Shown here one piece after another: positions 57,377-64,000 of a stretch of DNA of 64,000 bases. The stretch comes from Spirochaetia bacterium. GTDB taxonomy: Bacteria > Spirochaetota > Spirochaetia > CADAEX01. The notes below the pieces were generated by a model that ran no database searches, was not told where the DNA came from, and saw nothing but the letters and a program-made list of their open reading frames with translations. Position numbers and translations under genes: made by a program. The stretch is taken from contig JAGCGL010000049.1 in the NCBI GenBank assembly GCA_017649605.1, positions 11,402-75,401 on the forward strand, written 5' to 3'. Every line of letters starts with the position of its first letter. Position 1 is the first letter of the stretch.

Positions 57377-57887
57377 GGTTCACCTCCCCTATCTTAAGAA
57401 GCAGTTTGATGAAAGGCACTTTCATAAGGAACTGATATGCCTTGCTGCGGACAAAGTATTGGTACAGGGTGTTCCGCCATACCCGAATAAAGATGCGGGC
57501 CAGTATGTAGAACGGAATGTATAGGATGATTCCCCAGGCAAGTCCGCCCATGACCACCGAGTTGTTGAACCTGGTGAATGCCACGAATGGGGTGTCGAGC
57601 CAGACTGCAAAGGTGGGGGTCAGGGCCGGATGGGTCAGGATTGCATAGCCGGTTGAGTCGAAGAGAGGGTCTGCCAGCGGGATGAAGATAGAACCCAGGA
57701 TAATGCTGAGGAACAGAGTACTCCGGTTGATCCTGAAGAAGAATGTCACTATAAAAAGAAAAATCCACAATAGGTTCCCTTTTGGAACGAAAGCCAGGAG
57801 CATACCGAGAGCAAAGGCATGGGCCAGCTCGCCGGGAGCCCGGTTTGCGTTCAGGGATTTGAACATGGCTTGAAAATAGTTTACCAC
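57369..57887 (-). CDS. TIGR03546 family membrane protein
   Basis: LNAN.APGELA and TRFNNSVVMG motifs. Confidence 0.82.
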   Translation of the reverse strand: MVNYFQAMFKSLNANRAPGELAHAFALGMLLAFVPKGNLLWIFLFIVTFFFRINRSTLFLSIILGSIFIPLADPLFDSTGYAILTHPALTPTFAVWLDTPFVAFTRFNNSVVMGGLAWGIILYIPFYILARIFIRVWRNTLYQYFVRSKAYQFLMKVPFIKLLLKIGEVNRG

Positions 57888-57971
57888 CTGCGCTGCCTCC
57901 TAATATATTTATAATATATCAGGTTTGGCAGTAAAGCAATAAGTAATAATCCTGCCAGTCAGCGACATTCT

Positions 57972-58898
57972 TTACGGGTTGTCTATCGACCAGCCTGCAG
58001 GTACCTTGGAAACATTAAAATCTCCTGCTACTCCTGGAGCTGTCACCAGGGCCGCAGGACAGGTGAATATACCAGAAGGTTTAACTCCATCAACCCAATT
58101 GCTGGTTGCAAATAAACCAGCAGGCCAACTTGTAAAAGGAACTGTTATAAAGCTGAGCTTTGAACAGCCATTGAACATCCTTTCATAACAAAAATTAGGT
58201 AAAGTGGTTGCCGGTAATTCTGGGGCTCTTGTCAACTCGGTACACTTATAGAACATCCTTTCATAACACTTTTCTGTCAAGGTTTCTGCAGGCAATTCCG
58301 GGGCTAATGTCAAACCGGTGCATAAATTGAACATAGAAGCATAACACCTTAATGCCAAAGTTGTGGCAGGAAGTTCCGGAGGAGATGTAAGGATGGCACA
58401 ATTATTGAATAGTCCCAAGAAGCATTCAGGACATGGAATTGCTGTTGTGGCGCAGTCCTTGTCCACCAGACTCATGACATTGCCGCTGGCTGCTATAGTG
58501 CCGCCTGTCATGACAAATTTTATCGTCCGGTAATTAGCTCCTGTACCATCACCATCTGAGAAAGCAGGATTAGTTGTTTTTGCCCGTATGTACATCTTTT
58601 CTCCGCTTGCCAAGGAGACTGTGGTATCGTCAATAACAAAATCAGTCCAGGTTGTGCCGCCATCCTTTGAGTATTCTACTGTTGGTACAGGAGTAGATAC
58701 TGTTCCGTTATAACTCACAGTTGTAGAAACTGTCGAAGCTGCCGAAGCAGTAAAACAAAGCCATGGTGCATTTGCTACGCCACCACCGCCAGCGCCGCCA
58801 CCGCCAGCGCCGCCACCGGCAGGCTCTTCATCGCTTCCACCACCACACAGTACGAAGACTAACCACAAAAACCTGACAAATAACAAAGAATAAGCCAA
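57972..58898 (-). CDS. Surface protein with ~24-aa ELPATTL..CY..MF repeats (BspA/LRR-like); start uncertain
   Basis: Three ELPAxTL repeats, ASGNVMSL, Gly linker after a hydrophobic stretch ending in Cys; only TTG starts (58898 or 58886). Confidence 0.7.
   Translation of the reverse strand: MAYSLLFVRFLWLVFVLCGGGSDEEPAGGGAGGGGAGGGGVANAPWLCFTASAASTVSTTVSYNGTVSTPVPTVEYSKDGGTTWTDFVIDDTTVSLASGEKMYIRAKTTNPAFSDGDGTGANYRTIKFVMTGGTIAASGNVMSLVDKDCATTAIPCPECFLGLFNNCAILTSPPELPATTLALRCYASMFNLCTGLTLAPELPAETLTEKCYERMFYKCTELTRAPELPATTLPNFCYERMFNGCSKLSFITVPFTSWPAGLFATSNWVDGVKPSGIFTCPAALVTAPGVAGDFNVSKVPAGWSIDNP
58779..58820 (-). repeat. 15-bp coding tandem repeat (GGGAG linker)
   Basis: Minus strand GGTGGCGGCGCTGGC twice plus a partial third unit. 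Confidence 0.8.
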
Positions 58899-59090
58899 GC
58901 AGAACCACTATGTCATAAGACAAGGCACAGAAAATAGGTGCCGCGATATTGCGGGCTGCCGGTAAAAGCATGTCACCTACACCCAAAAGAAACGAATGAG
59001 GTGACTTTGCTTGTCGGCAGAATCGCACCTAATCGAGGTACCTATTTATCTGTGCCTTAAATAATGTTTTGTTCTGCTGTGGCTTATTCT
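58887..59090. ncRNA. ~204-nt rod-like hairpin, candidate structured RNA (6S-like) or palindromic element
   Basis: Nested complementary arms traced by eye with one large internal bubble; details in findings. Confidence 0.45.
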
Positions 59091-60907
59091 ACTGTAACAC
59101 TCTTGGCCAGGTTCTTGGGCTGATCCACATCGCGGCCCAGCTCCAGCGCGGAGTAGTAAGCCAGAAGCTGCAGAGGAATACTCATCAGGAACGGGTAGAT
59201 GTACTCCACAGTTTTCGGAACCTCAATAACATCATCAGCAATACCGTACACATCTTTATCTCCTTCTGCTGCCACTGCTATAATCTTGCCGCCACGGGAC
59301 TTAACTTCCTTCATATTGGATATGATCTTGTCGTGGAGCCGGTCGTCGGTGACCAGGAACAATGACGGTGTCTTCTCGTTTATAAGGGCTATCGGGCCGT
59401 GCTTTATCTCTGCGGCGCTGAAGCCTTCGGCATGGATATAAGAGATCTCCTTGAGTTTGAGTGCCCCTTCCATAGCCACTGGATAGTTGATTCCGCGGCC
59501 AAGGAACAGGAAGCTTTCGGTATGACAGTACTTTTTGGCAATAGCCTCAATCTTAGGTGCTGACTTGAATATAGTCTTAAGTTTCTCAGGCACAGCCTCC
59601 ATCTCATCTATGAACTCAAGGCCATCCTCGAAGGACATGTTCCTGAGCCGGGCCATGATAAGTGTGAATATGTACATTGCTGTCATCTGGGAGGTGAATG
59701 CCTTGGTGGATGCAACTGCAATCTCCGGACCTGAGTGGATGTAGACACCGCCGTCCGATTCCCGCGCTATTGTGGATCCTACCACGTTGCAGATTCCTAG
59801 GACTCTTGCACCCTTTCTCTGGAGCTCCCTCATGGCATAGAGGGTATCCATGGTCTCGCCAGACTGTGATATTGCGAAGTAAAGTGTATTCTTCTCGATG
59901 ATAGGGTTTCTGTAACGGAGCTCGGATGCGATCTCGGCATGGGCCGGGATTCCTGCCATGCTCTCTAAAAGGTATGCGGCGACAAGACCTGCGTGATACG
60001 AGGTTCCCGCAGCAATTATCACAACCCGCTCCACCTTGAGGAGCTCTTCTGTGGTCATGTTGAGGCCACCCAGGTGTCCTGTTGCATGGGTTCTGTCCAG
60101 CCTTCCCTTCATTCCCCGGACTATAGACTCGCTCTGCTCGTAGATCTCCTTGAGCATATAGTGGTCGTAGCCTGCCTTCTCGAAGGATTCTGCCTGCCAC
60201 TCTATTATGTCGATATCCTTGTTTATGATATTCTCGTCCAGATCCATGGTCTGGAAGCTCTCTGGGGTCACAGTGACAATCTCGCCATCCTGAAGATAGA
60301 TGACCTGCTTGGTGTAGCTGATGATAGCTGATGCATCGGAAGCCAGGAACATCTCGCCGTCCCCTACTCCCATGATAAGAGGAGAACCGTTCCGGGCTCC
60401 CACCATCATATCGGGATGATCCTGGTGCATTACAACCAGTCCGTAGGTTCCCTTGAGAAGGCTTACAGTCTCAAGGACTGCCTTGGTCAAGTCTCCCTTG
60501 TAGCACTGCTCGATAAGATGTGCTATAACCTCTGTATCTGTATCTGATTTGAGAGAATGCCCCTTGTCCTTGAGGAGCTCCCTGAGCTTCTCGTAGTTCT
60601 CGATGATTCCATTGTGGACAATGGCGATTTTGCCGCTGCAGTCTGTGTGCGGATGGGCATTGGACTCTGTAACTCCGCCGTGGGTTGCCCACCGGGTGTG
60701 GCCTATTCCGTTGTGGCCGAATGGCCTTGGCGGCACTATTGCCAGCAGGTTCTTGAGCTTTCCAGTCGATTTGATGATTTTAAAGCCTTCGGGTGAATCT
60801 ACACAGATTCCTGCCGAGTCGTAACCCCGGTATTCAAGACGCTTAAGCCCTTCCAGAAGGACTTCTGATGATGGTTTTTTCCCGACATATCCGATAATTC
60901 CGCACAT
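59084..60907 (-). CDS. glmS: Glutamine--fructose-6-phosphate transaminase
   Basis: MCGIIG start at 60907; LEYRGYDSAG, GHTRWATHG, SQSGET and PKNLAKSVTVE motifs. Confidence 0.98.
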   Translation of the reverse strand: MCGIIGYVGKKPSSEVLLEGLKRLEYRGYDSAGICVDSPEGFKIIKSTGKLKNLLAIVPPRPFGHNGIGHTRWATHGGVTESNAHPHTDCSGKIAIVHNGIIENYEKLRELLKDKGHSLKSDTDTEVIAHLIEQCYKGDLTKAVLETVSLLKGTYGLVVMHQDHPDMMVGARNGSPLIMGVGDGEMFLASDASAIISYTKQVIYLQDGEIVTVTPESFQTMDLDENIINKDIDIIEWQAESFEKAGYDHYMLKEIYEQSESIVRGMKGRLDRTHATGHLGGLNMTTEELLKVERVVIIAAGTSYHAGLVAAYLLESMAGIPAHAEIASELRYRNPIIEKNTLYFAISQSGETMDTLYAMRELQRKGARVLGICNVVGSTIARESDGGVYIHSGPEIAVASTKAFTSQMTAMYIFTLIMARLRNMSFEDGLEFIDEMEAVPEKLKTIFKSAPKIEAIAKKYCHTESFLFLGRGINYPVAMEGALKLKEISYIHAEGFSAAEIKHGPIALINEKTPSLFLVTDDRLHDKIISNMKEVKSRGGKIIAVAAEGDKDVYGIADDVIEVPKTVEYIYPFLMSIPLQLLAYYSALELGRDVDQPKNLAKSVTVE

Positions 60908-60970
60908 ATGCACGCTCCCAGTATATTTCTTACTTATTTTATCGGCAAAATAAAAAATTTTTTTAAAAAT

Positions 60971-60998
60971 TGAAGCAAAAATGATTTTTTTTGTGTTT
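60971..60998 (+). promoter_or_regulatory. Putative alternative-sigma (ECF-like) promoter, copy 3
   Basis: TGAAGC-AAAAATGATTTTTTTT-GTGTTT before the AGGAGG of the 61019 gene. Confidence 0.6.
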
Positions 60999-61018
60999 AT
61001 AAGGGCAGGAGGATAAAT

Positions 61019-62041
61019 ATGACAGTACATTTTTTTAATGTTCCGCTGGTATGCCTGGCCCTGCTTAGCGCATGCACACCGCTGCCAGCCGAGAGAAAAC
61101 CAGACCAGGGCACAGCCGCTCCGCCGGTGGCGACTGAGGTATTGAACAGCTCCCCCAGCCTGATAACCCTTAGGTTTGACAAGGAGATATCAGCAGACCC
61201 AACTGCCTTTATGATTGTGCCGGAGATCGGCATATCCAGTGTGGAGTGTCACGGGCAGACGGTGGAGGTCTACCCTGCCCAGCCCCTGGTGGCCGGCGAG
61301 GAGTACTTCATCAAGGGGACAGTGCAGGATTCAAAGAGCAATTCAACATCATTCGGAATGACATTCTTCGGCTTCAACCCTGACCTTCCGGTCCTTTTGA
61401 TAAACGAGTTCACCACCAACGGCTCGGGCAAGCATCCCGACACTGTGGAGCTGTATGTGAAAAAAGGGGGCAACGCCGCAGGGATAACCCTGTTCGGCGG
61501 AACCAAGACCACATTCCAGGACAAGTTCATACTGCCCTCCTTCCATGTGAATGCGGGGGATTATGTTCTTATCCACCTTAAGCCCCAGGGTATAGAGACA
61601 GAGGTGGATGAAAAGGAAAGAAAGGATGAAGCAAAAGGCTACGATTCCAGCGACACAGCCTGGGATTTCTGGGTGCAGGGAGGAAGCGGCCTTTCGGGAA
61701 ACAATGGTGCTCTTACTTTGTACACCAACCCTTATGGCCAGCTGATGGATGCAGCCTTATATACAAACCGCACCTCGGAATCGGATGCCAACTACCGGGG
61801 ATTCGGCAGCGCAAAGTTCATGCTGCAGGCCGACGAGATTGCTGATGCAGGGGGCTGGAATATCGAGGAGGATGAAATTGCGCCCGAGGACTGCATCTGG
61901 TCGGCCGACTCCACCGCCACCCGCTCCATATGCCGTTCCAGCACCTCCAAGGATACCGATTCCAAGGGGGACTGGCATACAGTGCCCACCTCAAAGTATT
62001 CATTTGGAAAGGAGAACAGCGATGAAATATATGCAAAATAA
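61019..62041 (+). CDS. Lipoprotein with Ig-like and lamin-tail-like domains (resembles treponemal TP0183 family)
   Basis: Lipobox LSAC, ITLRFDKEI Ig-like strand, LLINEF...DTVELY and LSGNNG lamin-tail motifs; AGGAGG RBS. Confidence 0.7.
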   Translation: MTVHFFNVPLVCLALLSACTPLPAERKPDQGTAAPPVATEVLNSSPSLITLRFDKEISADPTAFMIVPEIGISSVECHGQTVEVYPAQPLVAGEEYFIKGTVQDSKSNSTSFGMTFFGFNPDLPVLLINEFTTNGSGKHPDTVELYVKKGGNAAGITLFGGTKTTFQDKFILPSFHVNAGDYVLIHLKPQGIETEVDEKERKDEAKGYDSSDTAWDFWVQGGSGLSGNNGALTLYTNPYGQLMDAALYTNRTSESDANYRGFGSAKFMLQADEIADAGGWNIEEDEIAPEDCIWSADSTATRSICRSSTSKDTDSKGDWHTVPTSKYSFGKENSDEIYAK

Positions 62042-62110
62042 TAATATTATGAAAAAAAGTTATTTCATTTTTTCTGTTCTATGGTATAATCCGATTAATA
62101 AGGAGTATTT

Positions 62111-63610
62111 ATGGAAACTATGAACTTTGGCTTTATCTCGGTTCTTCCACCGATTATCGCCATCGCCCTGGCTCTTATAACCAAGGAGGTTTATTCCTCC
62201 CTGTTCATCGGTATCCTTATCGGTGGAGCCATCTACGCCGGAGGATCTTTCACAGTATTCTTCGAGCATGTTCTTCAGGACGGAATGGTATCCCAGCTTT
62301 CTGACAGCTGGAATGTTGGTATCCTCATCTTCCTCGTTATCTTAGGTGTTATGGTTTGCCTTATGAACAAAGCAGGCGGATCTGCCGCTTTCGGAAACTG
62401 GGCAAAAAAACATATCAAGACTAAAACAGGAGCACAGCTTGCAACAATCGCACTTGGTGTCATGATCTTCATCGACGACTACTTCAACTGTCTTACAGTA
62501 GGAAGCGTAATGAAGCCTGTTACAGACAACTACAAGATCTCCAAGGAGAAACTTGCATACCTTATCGACGCAACAGCAGCACCAATCTGTATTATCGCAC
62601 CTATCAGCTCCTGGGCAGCAGCAGTTGCAGGATTTGCACCGGAAGGACAGAACGGTATCGCCCTCTTCTGCAGTGCTATTCCTTATAACTTCTACGCTCT
62701 GTTCACAATCGGCATGATGATTATCCTCTCTATCTTCAGCCTGGACTTCGGACCGATGAAGAAATTCGAGGCAGCAGTGGCAAGAGTGACAGAAAAGAGC
62801 GAGCAGGAGAACATAGCTATTGGAAACGGCAAGGTTATCGACCTGGTGTTCCCGATTGTAATCCTTATCTTAATGTGTGTTCTCGGTATGATCTATACCG
62901 GTGGATTCTTCGCTTCCGGCGAGGATAAGGCTGGCTTTGTCGATGCATTTGCAAACAGCGATGCATCAGTTGGTCTGGTTATCGGATCTATGGCAGCCCT
63001 TATCATCACACTGATTTTCTATCTGCCAAGAAGAGTTCTTTCTTTCAAGGAATGTATGGCTTGTATTCCAGAGGGATTCAAGGCAATGGTTCCAGCTATC
63101 CTTATCCTCTCTCTGGCATGGACACTTAAGGCTATGACAGACAGCCTGGGAGCAGCTGACTATGTAGCAGGTGTTGTTGAAGGCAGCGCAGCCGGCTTCA
63201 AGAACTTCCTCCCTGCAATCATCTTCCTTATTGCATGCGGCCTTGCATTTGCAACCGGTACATCATGGGGAACATTCGGTATCCTTATTCCTATCTGTAT
63301 CGCAGCATTCCCAGAGGCTGGAGACCCGATCCGGATCATCTCCATCTCTGCATGTATGGCTGGTGCTGTCTGCGGCGACCACTGCTCACCTGTCTCTGAT
63401 ACCACAATCATGGCAAGTGCAGGTGCTCAGTGTAACCACGTGAACCATGTCGCAACACAGCTGCCATATGCAATCTCTGTTGCAGTAATCTCATTCATCA
63501 CATACATCTTCGCTGGATTCATCAAGAATGCATTCGTCTCAATCCTCTTCGGACTGGTGATCCTGATTGCATTCCTCCTCTACATGAGAAAGAGAGAAGC
63601 AGCAAAATAA
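62111..63610 (+). CDS. Na+/H+ antiporter NhaC family protein
   Basis: FIDDYFN, PISSW, TGTSWGTFGI and GDHCSPVSDTT motifs. Confidence 0.92.
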   Translation: METMNFGFISVLPPIIAIALALITKEVYSSLFIGILIGGAIYAGGSFTVFFEHVLQDGMVSQLSDSWNVGILIFLVILGVMVCLMNKAGGSAAFGNWAKKHIKTKTGAQLATIALGVMIFIDDYFNCLTVGSVMKPVTDNYKISKEKLAYLIDATAAPICIIAPISSWAAAVAGFAPEGQNGIALFCSAIPYNFYALFTIGMMIILSIFSLDFGPMKKFEAAVARVTEKSEQENIAIGNGKVIDLVFPIVILILMCVLGMIYTGGFFASGEDKAGFVDAFANSDASVGLVIGSMAALIITLIFYLPRRVLSFKECMACIPEGFKAMVPAILILSLAWTLKAMTDSLGAADYVAGVVEGSAAGFKNFLPAIIFLIACGLAFATGTSWGTFGILIPICIAAFPEAGDPIRIISISACMAGAVCGDHCSPVSDTTIMASAGAQCNHVNHVATQLPYAISVAVISFITYIFAGFIKNAFVSILFGLVILIAFLLYMRKREAAK

Positions 63611-63628
63611 TCGAAAAGTATTTCTGAT

Positions 63629-63663
63629 AAAAAAAGAGCAGCGTTTCTGCTGCTCTTTTTTTT
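63629..63663. terminator. Bidirectional intrinsic terminator
   Basis: AAAAAAAGAGCAGC-gtttct-GCTGCTCTTTTTTTT. Confidence 0.88.
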
Positions 63664-63673
63664 GCCCTGTCTA

Positions 63674-64000
63674 TCAGAAAGGACCGTTTATAAGGCCGTA
63701 GCCCTGGTCCGGCAGATAGCTGTAAAGGTAGTACCAGGAGAATCTCTTGCCTCCTGTGCTCACTGTTCCAGGCACCACCTGGAACTCGCCGCCGAATGTG
63801 CCGTCGGACTGGATACCCCATACATAATCGGCCTTGCCGTCCACTTTGACACCGTCTCCTGTCTTTGTAAGGGAAGGCCATTTATCAGGTGCACCCTTGA
63901 TGTTGTTGCTAATGACAATTGATGTCTTTGCCCGCTCGCCGGAGGAGTCAAGGAGCATTATGCGGTAGGTTCCGCCCGGCAGGCTCTCTTCCGGTGTAGG
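63674..64000 (-). CDS. Hypothetical protein, C-terminal part (5' end outside the window)
   Basis: Frame is open from the window end (..ESLPGGTYRIMLLDSSGE..) to the stop at 63674, followed by a terminator. Confidence 0.65.
   Translation of the reverse strand, partial: PTPEESLPGGTYRIMLLDSSGERAKTSIVISNNIKGAPDKWPSLTKTGDGVKVDGKADYVWGIQSDGTFGGEFQVVPGTVSTGGKRFSWYYLYSYLPDQGYGLINGPF

Noticed and set aside
58828-59028. 66-aa minus-strand ORF across the hairpin
   Set aside because: No RBS or recognisable motif; the region is better explained by the base-paired structure.
58880-59075. Integron attC site as an explanation for the hairpin
   Set aside because: No properly placed RYYYAAC/GTTRRRY cores, longer than a typical attC, and no integrase or cassette array.
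57900-59090. Tn7-like insertion at attTn7 downstream of glmS
   Set aside because: No tns genes, TGT...ACA ends with TnsB-site arrays or 5-bp duplication could be identified.
60908-61018. Possible glmS ribozyme
   Set aside because: The region is short and A/T-rich with no recognisable ribozyme stems; it carries divergent promoters instead.

Overview
64 kb of a spirochaete chromosome, probably a gut or rumen Spirochaetales. This is inferred from the mraZ-rsmH-ftsL-murF-mraY-ftsW-ftsQ-ftsA-ftsZ order, a Borrelia-sized HrpA, a NapA-EIIA fusion and FAG-type signal peptides. The housekeeping backbone holds the dcw cluster, hisS, hrpA, a PerR-rubrerythrin locus, pepF, three tRNAs, tatD, a GlpA-like trio, alr, fba, an amino-acid ABC transporter, galE, glmS and NhaC. 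Three accessory blocks interrupt it. (i) A mosaic conflict island at 11.5-18.4 kb: VapBC, orphan Vsr, Rpn nuclease with an internal RpnS-like start, DUF2075 nuclease-helicase plus a small partner, Nudix, a 55-aa sORF, and DUF2971 next to an ADP-ribosylglycohydrolase with one in-frame amber codon. (ii) A solitary phage-type polyvalent protein fragment at 31.8-33.8 kb. (iii) A two-component-regulated sugar utilisation locus with three tandem TIM-barrel paralogues. The strongest non-obvious signals are a TGAAGC-N16-GWGTWT motif in front of three unrelated genes (Rpn, polyvalent protein, lamin-tail lipoprotein), a ~204-nt rod-like hairpin starting at the glmS stop, a duplicated 40-bp operator, repeated leaderless-gene architecture and a circularly permuted amino-acid-binding protein. 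All family calls come from motif recognition by eye; no database search was run.
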